Positions 18,538 to 30,500 of a stretch of 50,816 nt of DNA are shown in pieces. The stretch's first letter is position 1, and each line of letters opens with the position of its first letter. The notes under the pieces are model-generated. The model did not search any database, was not told where the DNA came from, and was given only the letters and a program-made list of their open reading frames with translations. Location of the stretch: contig CAIWWK010000098.1 in NCBI GenBank assembly GCA_903916325.1, forward strand, positions 1 to 50,816. The letters are read 5' to 3'. This DNA is from Candidatus Firestoneibacteriota bacterium (GTDB lineage: Bacteria > Oederibacteriota > D2-FULL-39-29 > CAIOVX01). Position numbers and translations under genes: made by a program.

Positions 18538-21500
18538 CTCTGCACCGCCAGTTTAAACATCCGCTGCGTCCCGCCGCCTTTTATCAACACCACATACACT
18601 CCGCTTGCCACCTTCTGACCGGAATTATTAGTTCCGTCCCAGGTAGTTATGCCGCTTCCGGCTACAACATTAATCGACTTTACCTTGATTCCCGTTATCG
18701 TATACATAGATATCGTGCAATCGCTTATCAGGTTCGCAAATGTAAAGACCCCGTTATTGGGGTTATACGGATTCGGGTAAAGATTGACATTCTGAAGGTT
18801 TGCAGATGCCTTCATCATCAGGATTGCAAAGGTCGTAAAGTGCCGAAGCGTTGCCTCCACCCTTCTTTCCGCAGGGTAAACCGTGGAATGCAATATTACC
18901 CACCGGTTGTTGATTGTGTCATAATACCCTATCTGGAAGCCGGTCTCCTCATACGCCGCGGCTTCCGCGGCCGTATAATACAGATTGATGGTGATATCCT
19001 GCTGCGGAGTGAATCCCACCGGGCCTGTAATCTCTACTCCCACAACACAGGGGGTAAGCCCATCCCTGTCAGGCGCAGGAATAGACGCCGTCGGCTTAAT
19101 GGTCAAGGTTACTGTTCCCGTAAAAGTTCCCGCAGGCACCTCCACGTCTATCTGCCCGTGACCTAAATCCGCCGCCTGGACGGTTACGGTGGTGGTAGAG
19201 CTCTGGGAAACTGTAACCGTCGTTGCGGAGCTGGTCACTACAAACTGCAGGCCGCTTGAGGCGTTTGTTCCTCCCGCAGCTGTTACAAGCAAATCATAAG
19301 TTCCCGCGGCTATGCCTGTGGGAATGACCACATTGTTTATCGCGGTATCGGCAGTTACGCTAAAGGAGGATATTCCCGCGCCGCCAAGAGTTATTGCAGT
19401 TACGGTATTACTGTTGATTCCTCCAAAGAAACCGGAGCCGGTCACATTCAGGGTCACTATGGTAAGGTTGGAGCTTGTGGTTAAGCTTAGGCTGCTGACC
19501 GTGGGAGCCGGCGTTGTGACGGTGAATCTGTCTGAGGCTGATGTTATGCTGATTCCGCCAAGCGCTGTGACCGTAATATCGTAAACTCCAACTGCTTTGC
19601 CTAACGGTATTACCACTCCCGTTATCGTGCTGTCGTTTATTGCGGGGCCTGAGGGAATAACCTGGCTTCCAAGTTTGACTGAGGAAACTGTATTGCTGTT
19701 CACTCCTCCGAAGAATCCGCTGCCGGTTATACTGATAGTTGTTGCTCCAAGATTGGAGCCCGTGTTTACGCTTAAATTGCTGATGACCGGTACAGGCGAA
19801 ATGACTGTTATGGCCGTTGTGGCCGCAGCGCTCTCGTTGCCTATCGCGTCAAGCGCAGTCACGCTGAAGTTGTTTACCCCGAGCACAAGATTAACAGTCT
19901 TCTGCCAGGCGGTTGAAGAAACTATGCTCACGCCTGTCGTGCTGCCGTTAACTTTCATTGAGGCAGCGTCAGTTGCTTTTGTTCCGCTGAGCAACTGTGT
20001 AGTTATACTTGTCGGTGAAGTTACTGCGCTTATAATCGGTACTGACGGCGGTATCGTATCTAACAAGATTGCGGTTGTTGCAGTCGTGCTTGAGTTTCCT
20101 GCCGCGTCAAGCGCCGTTACGCTGAAGCTATTATTCCCTTCTGACAAGTTGACTGACGCCTGCCAGGTCGTTGACGACAGGATACTTACTCCGGTCGTTC
20201 CGCCATTAACTTTGATGACCGCCGCATCCGTCACCTTCGTTCCGGTTAGCATCTGTGTAGTTACATTTGTAGGCGATGTAACCGCATTGATTACCGGAAC
20301 CGCAGGAGGTATGGTATCCAGCGTAATTGCCGTTGTTGCCGCTGTGCTTGAGTTTCCGACAGCGTCAAGCGCTGTCACGCTGAAGTTATTGACTCCCTCG
20401 TTCAGATTAACTGCGGCCTGCCAGTTCGTGCTTGAGAGTATGCTTACTCCGGTTGTGCCGCCGTTAACTTTGATGACCGCCGCATCCGTCACCTTCGTTC
20501 CGGTTAGCACCTGCGTAGTCACATTTGTCGGTGAGGTAACCGCATTGATGACAAGTACTGCGGGAGGTATCGTGTCAAGCGTGATTGCCGTTGTTGCAGC
20601 CGTACTTTCGTTACCTACAGCGTCAACCGCTGTTACGCTGAAGTTATTTACTCCCTCGTTCAGGTTAACTGCTGCCTGCCAGGTCGTTGACGACAGGATG
20701 CTAACTCCGGTTGTTCCGCCGTTAACTTTGATGACCGCCGCATCCGTCACCTTGGTTCCGGTTAACATTTGGGTAGTCACATTTGTCGGCGATGTCACCG
20801 CGTTGATGGCAGGTACCGCAGGCGGTATCGTATCTAACAAGATTGCGGTTGTCGCTGCAGTGCTTGAATTTCCAACCGCGTCAACTGCCGTCACGCTGAA
20901 GCTGTTTGCTCCCTCGTTCAGGTTGACAGACGCCTGCCAGGTTGTTGACGACAGGATGCTTACTCCCGTCGTTCCGCCGTTAACTTTGATAACCGCTGCG
21001 TCTGATGCCTTTGTTCCTGTGAGAAGTTGTGAAGTCACATTTGTAGGAGATGTCACCGCGTTGATTACCGGTACCGCAGGCGGTATCGTATCCAGCGTGA
21101 TGGCCGTTGTAGTTGCTGCGCTCTCATCGCCGACCGCGTCAAGCGCCGTCACGCTGAAGCTGTTGTTCCCTTCTGTCAAATTGACTGACACCTGCCAGGT
21201 TGTTGACGAGAGTATGCTGACTCCCGTCGCGCTCCCGTTTACTTTTATTGCATTTGCGATTGTCGCTTTCGTTCCCGTCAGGAGCTGGGTAGTTATATTC
21301 GTGGGAGAGGTCACCGCGCTAATGGTTGGCGCCGCCACAGTTGTGGTTACTGTGAATCTGTCGTTAGATGAGGTGGCGCTTATTCCCCCTGACGTCGTTA
21401 CCGTAATATCGTATGTTCCTATTGTTAATCCCGCAGGGATGATCACACCGGTTATCGCGCTGTCATTTGAAGCTGTGTATGCCGTAAGGGCAGTTGTCCC

Positions 21501-24500
21501 GAGTGTAACCCCTGAAACTATGCTGCTGCTTCCTCCCCCGAAAAATCCGGAACCGGTGATATTCAGCGATGTTGATACAAGGTTTGATCCGCTGTTCGTA
21601 CTGATACCGCTCACAACAGGCACTGGCGTCAGCGAAGTTACTGTGTACTTATCCGCCGAAGTGGTCGCACTTGTTCCGCCGAGAGCTGTTACAGTTACAT
21701 CGTAGGTTCCCGCCGACAAGCCGGAAGGTATTACTACTCCCGGTAGCGTGCTGTCATTTGAAACTCCGCTATACGCCAATGTTGTCGTGCCCAGCATTAC
21801 CGCAGATACAGTGTTGCTTCCGACTCCTCCAAAGAACCCGCTTCCGGATACCGTTATCGTCACATTGGAAGTATTCGCTCCGTTATTTGCGCTAAGAGCC
21901 GTTACGGTCGGCGCGGGCGTTGTCACCGTGTATTTATCCGCCGAAGTGGTTGCGCTTATGCCTCCGGGGGTTGTTACCGTGACATCATACGTTCCAAGAC
22001 CAAGCCCCGCCGGGATTATTACTCCGGGTATTGTGCTGTCGCTGGACGCTGGGCTGAAGGGAAGGCTTCCGGTCCCGAGCTTTACCGCTGAAACCACGCT
22101 GCTTCCAGCGCCCCCGAAGAAGCCGTAACCGGATACCGTTATCGTCGCGGGACTAATATTTGCTCCGTTATTCACGCTCAATCCCGAAACAACGGGCGCC
22201 AGGGCAGTTACCGTATATATGGAAGTCGCTGTCGCGCTGTTTGACATCCCTCCCAGCATTCCTACCGCCGAGATTGTGGCCGAGGTTGACTGCGTGAACG
22301 GGCCTGAATACACGGTCGAGCCGCCGTTCGGCGTTGTTCCGTCCTTGGTGTAGTATATTGTGGCGCTGCTGGTCGCCGTGGAAATGGTTATTGTGACCGC
22401 GCCGGTGTAGGTTCCGGACGCAGGGGTAATTACCGGCGTTGCTACAGGAGAAGCCCCGATAACTCCAAACTTCTGTGAACTCGCAGAGTTTGTTCCGATA
22501 TGCGTCGTTACCTTTATGTTGTATGAACCGCCGGCTATGCCCGCAGGAACAACTGCTCCGCTGATGGAAGTGTCCGTTATAAGAGCGCCGATAATAGCAA
22601 GCTGTGTGTTTCCCGCATCGTCAAACGCAACGGAAGTAACATCCGCGCTCCCCACGCTTCCGTAGAAACCGCTTCCGGTAATGGTCACGGTTGTCACTGC
22701 CGCTTGCGCCGCGCTGACAGGCGTTACTCCCGTTACAACCGGCGCGTCCTTAGACTCGTAGAACCCCGCGTCCCACTTTACATCTCTCGTTGCGCCAAAG
22801 TAGTCCGTCGTGAAAACAGAAGACAGGTCTGCCCCGAGGAATTTCGCGGGAGACAACCGAGTCAGTTTATAATCACCGGGCGTGGCACCGTTGTTGTTAA
22901 CCAGAGCAGGATCGCCATATATAGAATTTGTGTCTCCACCAAGCCCGCTCGCTTTCCATGAAGCAATATTTGCATAAACAGTACCGGCCCACGAAACCAG
23001 CCCTCCTGTCCCGCTCACTCCAGATGGTATATAGTAGCAGTTGTTATTTATCGTGGTATTTGAGACAGAAGTTGGGGTAAGGGTGATCAGCTGTTGATTG
23101 GAAAGGACCGGCTTGTAGCAAACGATATTATTTAGAAGCGTTGAGCCCGCGTTTGTGCTGGTGCTGGTATTGAGTAAAGCGCCGTTGATTATAGTGTTAT
23201 TATATATTTTAAAGGGAGTGATGTTCGTATACGAATATATCGGCCCCCTGGACTGGCTGATAAACAAATTATTATAAATAGCGCAATTGGTCGCGGTGGA
23301 GGCGCTCCAATATATCCCGTCAGACCTGCTCGGATAATTATTGTAGAACATATTATTCCTTATTATATAATTATCCGCGGTCGGCTGTGTGACATAAAGA
23401 TGAGTCCCTGCGCTGGAGGCCGTTTGCGGGATAACCTGATTGAAAAGTTTGTTCCCGTCAATCACCATCATTGTGGCTTGCATCTGAATCCCGGTATTAT
23501 CAAAAATATTATTAATAATAGTCGTATACGAAGTATTAACTTTTGCGCCTGTGTTTATGCCCCAGGCTGGAAGCGCTCCGGACTTAAAATAGCAATTTGT
23601 CACAACGGACCCGCCGGTAAACAGGTTGGAGAAATTAATCCCGTAACTCAAACAATCGGTAATCGTCAGGCTGTCATAGGTTGTATTGGTGGCATTCGCC
23701 CCGAGGCCTATTCCGTTAGCGGCATTCTTTATTGATAGATTTGAGAATGTAATAAAACTTTGCGCCCCGGTAATGGTTATACAAACCGGTCTGGTATTTT
23801 GCCCGTCTATGACCGCGGTCTCGCCTAAGGCGCCTGCAATTGTCAGCGGGTGAGTCCCGCCTGCAACGCCAAAAGTCTTGTTTAGTGTAACGGTTTCCGG
23901 ATAAGTTCCGGCATGAATCCTCACAAGGACGGGTTTCCCCATATCAGCCGCGTAGGCGCCGTCAAGGCTCATTTGGTTTATTGCGGAGGTGATAGTATTA
24001 AACGGATATCCGCCCGGCCCGACTTCGTAGACAGACTGAAGCAAATTGGCGGCGGGCCTGTAAAAGAGTCCGCCTGCTGAAGTGCTGTTTGTTCCTCCGC
24101 CGTTGGTAACCTGGGCGTAACATGTTACAGCCGAGCTGCTCGTTCCGGCATTCGCGACAAAACCCAGAGGTATCACGGCTACAATGGTTGCGTCGTCCGT
24201 CGCTGTGAAAGACGAAGGCGCGAGCAGTATGGTGGCAATCGCCGGAGACGTTACTACAAGCCTCAGAGCAGAAATATTTGGGGAGCCCGTGCCTCCGAAG
24301 AATCCGCTGCCTGCAATGGTAACTGTCGCAGGCGCTGTACTCCCGCCTGTGTTCGGAGTTACGGCCGATACCGCCGGACCAGAAACGGCGGAAGTAAGCA
24401 TAAAACCTGTGGAAGCGTTCACTGGGCTTGTGTTGCTCAGCGCCGTGGTCATCGTTCCCGTGCTGTTCTTTATCCTCAGATTATAGGAACCCTGCTCAAA

Positions 24501-27500
24501 ACCCGCGGGAATGATAATATTGGAAATACTGCTGTCTGATGCGACGCTGTAGGACGACATAACAATAGTGGAGAGAGTTCCCGACGCCTTCTCGAGAGTT
24601 ACGGAAACAATATCTGCCGAGTTTGAACCGGCAAAGAATCCAGTGCCGCTGACAGAGACCGTGACCAGGGCGGAGCTTGAACCATTGTTGGGTGTTATTG
24701 AAGCCACCGAGGGCGCAGGAGTTGAAACAGTGAATTTAGTTGAAGATACCGCGTTTGCCGTTGACCAGGTTGACACCAATACATTATAGATTCCCGCCCG
24801 GACACCCGCAGGGAAGATCGCGTTGGTAATCGCGGCTGTTCCCACGCCTCCGAAGACCGTCGTAACCGTCGGAGAAGTTGTGTCAAAAGCGATCCCCGTG
24901 ACTATTACGCCCGAAGTATAGCTCGCGACCGCGAAATTGGTGCCTGTAATAGTGCTTATGGTGATAGACGAAGTGTTGACTGCGGTTAAGGGGCTTAACG
25001 CGGTAACCGTCGGCAGCATTATGACCGTGACCACCGAAGATGAGTTTATCTGGCTTGTCACATTTGAAGTGGAAACAACTCTCGCGTTATAAGTGCCGAA
25101 GGTCATGCCGGAAGGCGCCAGTATGTTATTGATAAGCGTATCGCTTACGACTGAGAAGGAAGTTATCGCGTAATTGCAGAGGCTTGCGGCAAGTGTCGTC
25201 GAGGGTGTTCCGACCGTGTTTGAGGTCCTCTCAAGCCTGAGGCTTGAAACCCCTCCCAGGAAACCGCCGCCCGTTACGGAGATAAAATTAGCTGAGGAAT
25301 TTGTGATAGCGCTCGGAGAAACACCGGAAACCCCGAGTATCAGCGTGAATAAACCCGCGGATGATGTTACGCTTGTTCCTCCGAGAGCCGTGACCTGCGT
25401 ATAATATGAGCCGAGCGGAATGCCGGGAGGAATTATCACACCGGGCAGAGCAGTATCGCTTGAAGCAGGACCGAACGTCAGGCTGTTCGTTCCCAGCTTT
25501 ACGGAAGAAACCGTACTGCTCCCTATTCCGCCGAAGAAGCCAACGCCGGAAACTGTCAAGGTGACTGTGCCGGAGCCGATTGAAGAGCTAAGGGCTGTTA
25601 AGACCGGCAGGGGAGTTGTTACAGAATACCTGTCTGAAACAGAAGTCGGGCTTGACCCTCCCCCCGTTGTAACCACAAAATCATAAGTGCCGGTCATAAG
25701 GCCCGGAGGAACAATAACGCTTGCTATGGAACTGTCATTTACCACGCTGAATGAAGAAATATTATTTGGGCCAAGCGCCACAGAGTAAACATTGCCGCTT
25801 CCCGTGCCTCCGAAGAAGCCGCTTCCACTGACAGTAATAGTAGCAGGAGAAAGGTTTGACCCTGCGGCGGAACTCAACCCGCTTACGGTAGGAGCCGCTG
25901 CCGAAATAGCGTATTTATCAACCGAGGAGGTCTGGCTTGCCGCGCCTCCGGACGTTACGATCAGGTCATATGTACCTGCAGGAGTTCCCGCCGGAAGGAT
26001 CGCCCCTGTAATGCTTGAATCGCTTACAACAGAATAGCCGTAAAGAGTAGCCGGTCCGATATTTACGGCATTTACGGAATTGACCCCGATGCCGCCGAAG
26101 AATCCCGACCCGGTAATGTTCAGCGTTGCCGGAGCAAGATTGGAACTTGCGTTCAGGCTAAGTCCGTTGACGGAGGGAACTATGCGGAAAACCTCATATT
26201 TGCCGCTAGAGGAAGTGACGCTGGTTCCTCCGAGCGCCGTAACCGTCAGGTCGTAGGTACCAAGTGCAATACCCGGCGGAATTACTACCCCTGGTATTAC
26301 GCTGTCGCTTGACGCGGGGCCGTAAGACAGGGATAGCGTTCCAAGCATTACCGATGAGACCGTACTGCTCCCAACGCTTCCGAAGAACCCGGAACCTGAA
26401 ACATTTAGAGTAACCGTCACATAAGTTGACCCGGCGGACACGCTCAGACTGTTGACGGCAGGAACAGGCGCGGTGGTTGTTGCCAAATATTGATCTGCAA
26501 TGGAAGTGAGGCTCGTCCCGCCTAGCGCGGTCACGGAAATGTCATAAGTTCCTTTCTGGATTCCGTACGGGATGACTACTCCCGGAATTAAGCTGTCGCT
26601 CGTTGCCGCTCCGAAAACAAGACTCATTGTTCCAAGGTTTACAGCCATGACAGTGCTGCTTCCAAGCCCGCCGAAGAAGTTTGAACCGTTTATGCCGATG
26701 GTTACGGGGCCGAGGTTTGAACCGGTTGGCGGGACCAGAGATGTGACAACAGGCAGTGGAGCTGTCGTGGTTACCGCGTATTTGCCTCCGGCTGAAGTAA
26801 CGCCTGTTCCTCCAAGAGTTGTCACCGAAATATCATAGGTCCCGATCCGGAGAACTCCGGGAATCACGACGCCGGGCAGGGTACTGTCATCCGAGGCCGG
26901 GCTGAAGGCGATTGAAAGCGTGCCGAGCTTCACTCCCGTCACAATGCTGCTGCCCGCGCCTCCGAAGAAACCGGTTCCGTTTACGTATATCGTTGTCGGA
27001 GCGCTATTCATGCCGCTAGAGGGATTAAGCGAAACAACGGCAGGAACCGGCGGGATTATAAAGAGGTTTGAATTTGAGACAGCGCTTGTTCCGGCAGACG
27101 TGCTTATCTGCAGGTGGTAGACTCCGCGCGGCGTTCCCGCAGGGACCACCACTCCGTTCATTGCCTTGTAGCTTACTACAGAGTACGAACTGAGCGTCAC
27201 TGTCGTTCCTGTTGTGCCGGTAAGCTGCACGCAAGTCACCGAATTGCTTCCGGTTCCCGCGTTGAAGCCTTCTCCGTTTACTGTCAGGGTTGCCGCTCCG
27301 CCGTTTACCGCCATACCCGGCGAGATGTCAATTATCCTTGGCACCGGCGGAGTCAGAATGAACTGTGTGAAGGCGGTCATCGCGCTGATGCCCGTGCCGT
27401 TCACGATGCGGAGGTCGTAAGTGCCCAGAGCTGCTCCGCGCGGAAGCACTGCCCCGGTGATTATGCTGTCGTTCAGGACTGAGTATCCTGACAGCGTGAT

Positions 27501-30500
27501 AACGGTTGATCCGTTCAATAACACCGTGGAAACATTATTACTTCCGGTCCCTCCGAAGAAATTGTACCCGCTGATGCTGAAAGTTGCGGCGTTTGAATTG
27601 GTGGCAGAAGCCGGCATAACAGAGTTTATCACCGGCACCGGGCCGGTTGAGATCGTCGTAAAGGTATTGTCCGCCGAAGCCGTTAGGTTGCCCGCGGCGT
27701 CCTGCGAAATAACCCGGTAATGATATACGGTAGCCGGCAGCAGCCCGCTTAAGGCAACTGAATGGGCCGTAACGCTTGTAGTATTAATATCGGTCTTGAT
27801 ATCGTAAGGCGAGGCTGAAAGCCCATATTCAGCCTGTGTATTTGAGGGTTTGTTCGTGTTCCATACAATGGACCCTGCCGAAGTGGTTACCGAAACCGCC
27901 TTTACCGCCGACAACACGGGAGGATTCAAGTCTCCCCCCTGCGGCTGGGCCATTGAAGGTTTTCTTAAATAGGAAGTTGAATAACCGCCCGCATTTGTCA
28001 GCTGAATCACATTGCTGCCGTCAGAATTCATTGTGTAGAAATAGTTGGGGCTCGTGAGGAAGACTATTTTTGCACCGTCCGCGGAATAAGAAGGATAATA
28101 ATCCGTTTCGCCGGAAATGCTGTGCAGCAGCGTGACATTTGCTCCGTCGGCGTTCATTCTGTAGATTGCCTGTATCCCCCCGTTCCTGTTGCTGGTGAAG
28201 ATTATCCTGGTGCCGTCCGGAGACCAGGAAGCATCCCTGTCTTCAGCAGGATTATTTGACAGGTTTGTCACCCTGGTACCGTCGCTGTTCATCACCCAGA
28301 CTTCACCGTTGCCTGAGGCGGCGGAATAATACAGGAGTTTTGCGCCGTTGGGCGAAGGTTTGGGAAGAGCAAGCGTCCAATCGGAACCGGTTGTCAATTT
28401 CAGCAGGTTGGTTCCGTCTGAATTGATTCTGTAAAGGCCTATTGTGGAGGCACCGTCATCCCACCTGAAATACATATAATTCCCGTTCGGGCTGAAAACC
28501 GGAGTATTTATGGTCCCGGTAGCAGCCGTATAAACTTTTTTCTCACCGGTTCCGTCCGCGTTTATAATATAAATATACGGGCCGTAGGCATTTATGTCCG
28601 CCCTTACAAAGACTATCCTTGTTCCGTCCGCGGAGAATGACGGGTCATAATCATACGCCGAGTTATTTGTGAGGCGGACAAAATTACTGCCGTCCAAATT
28701 TATTTTATAGATCTCGGATTCCAGGTCTGACTCATAATAGTTATTCGGCTTGCGGTCGAAAACCACCTGATTGGTCTGCGGGGCAGGCGTAGTGGTGAAT
28801 GTCGCGTCAACGGACATGCCGAGCCCTCCGCTCCCGTTGTCGGACTTCACCCTGTAATGATAGCCGCTTCCCGCCGAAAGGCCTGTCACCACGACAGTAT
28901 GAGTAGTCACAAGATTGTTGTCGATCAGCGTCAAAAAGCCGTAGCCGCTCGAAGGCCCGTACTCCACCTGGGATTTTGCGGCCAGGTCTGTTGTCCAACT
29001 TATTGTCGCCGCTGTCATTGCCGTGGACGCGGCAATATTTGAGTTATTCGGCGCGCCGGCATTCTGCACGGTGTATTTTACTTTCAGCTGGGGACGAAGA
29101 GCGGTGCTGCCGTTGTTTTCCGTGTTTAGGGTCAAGTCGGCCCCGTTATTAAAATAAATGAGCCAGCCCTGGTTCGGGGCGCTTCCGGTTCTGAAGGATT
29201 CCACTGCGGCGGTAACATTATGGTTGTACCAGCCGGTTGCGGAATAGTACTGCGAGCCGCCCGTTTCAGCCGCCAGGCAGGAATTTTCCAGATTGTTGCT
29301 TACCGAACTTGTGGAAGTGTTTGTCCAGTAAACGCAATCCGAAAGAAGCGTCGCGGACCTTCTGTAGGCTTTGGTGGCTCCGCTAACGATGCAATTTCCC
29401 CCGTAAGTTGAATAATAGAACGGGCAGATTGCCCAGCCTGAGGGGAACCCGCCTCCGAGATTGTCAGGGTCAATTATTTGTCTCGCGGCCACGGTATCTG
29501 CGGTGCTTTTCGTGGAACAGCAGAGGGCCAGCGTCGCGCCGGTAATCGTCCCCCAGTTGTAGGTATTGCCAAGGTCAAACCTCAGCAGCCACTCTCTCTT
29601 GGATTTGTCATTCGCCCCGCCGATTCTGTATGTAGCCCCGTAACCGACACCGGTATTCCAATTGTATGTATTTGGATCCCAGGAAGCGGTTCCCGTGCCT
29701 GCTACGCCGTTATAGGTGCCTGAAGGCGAAACTCCCTGCTGGTAAATAACAGTTGCGGTAATTGCCGGCTGCCCGAGACCAAGCGAGGGCGTTACGCTTA
29801 CCTCGCTTGAGTTAGCGCTTGTGGAATTCGCAATAGTCTTTACGGCATAGAAGTAGGTTGTGGAGTTTGCCGTCCCTGTGTCCCTGTAGTAAGTCGTCTG
29901 TCCCAGGCGTGTTACCGAGGTTGTGTAGACTCCCGACGCGGTTCCTCTTGAGATGATATATCCGGAGACCAGCGGATTAAGGACAGGATCCCACGTAAGA
30001 TTTACTATGGAATCTCCGGGTACTGCCGCGACATTCGCAGGCGGAGAAAGCGGCGCGGGCGTCGCGGTAGCCTCACTGCTCTTTGTACCCTCGCTCAGGC
30101 TGTCAAACGCGGATATCATATAGTAATAGGGCGTGCCGTTCGCAAGTCCGTTGTCCGTGTAAGAGGTGACTTTACCAACCGAAGCGATAAGAGATTTGCT
30201 GCCGGTCCCAGGGGCAAAACTTCTATATATCTTGTAACCCTGGAGATCTGTTTCCGTGTTCGCAGTCCAGGTCAATATTATTGAAGAGTCCGAGGAGGTC
30301 GCGCCGAGGCCTGACGGAGCAGCGGGCGAAACAGCTCCCGTCGTGGTAAATGTCTGGTCGGCCGAGGCCTGCGGGTTTCCGGCAGGGTCAGTTGATCTCA
30401 CACGGAAGTGATAGGTAGTTCCCGCCTGCAGCCCGGTAATGGTTTCTGTATGGCGGCAGGACATCCATTTGTCGTAGAGTGTCGTGTTGCCGTAGGCGGA

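Noticed and set aside
19597-21705. 702-aa plus-strand ORF and other antisense ORFs within the giant gene
   Set aside because: Stop-poor mirror frame of Thr/Val/Ala/Ser-rich repeats, with no independent motifs
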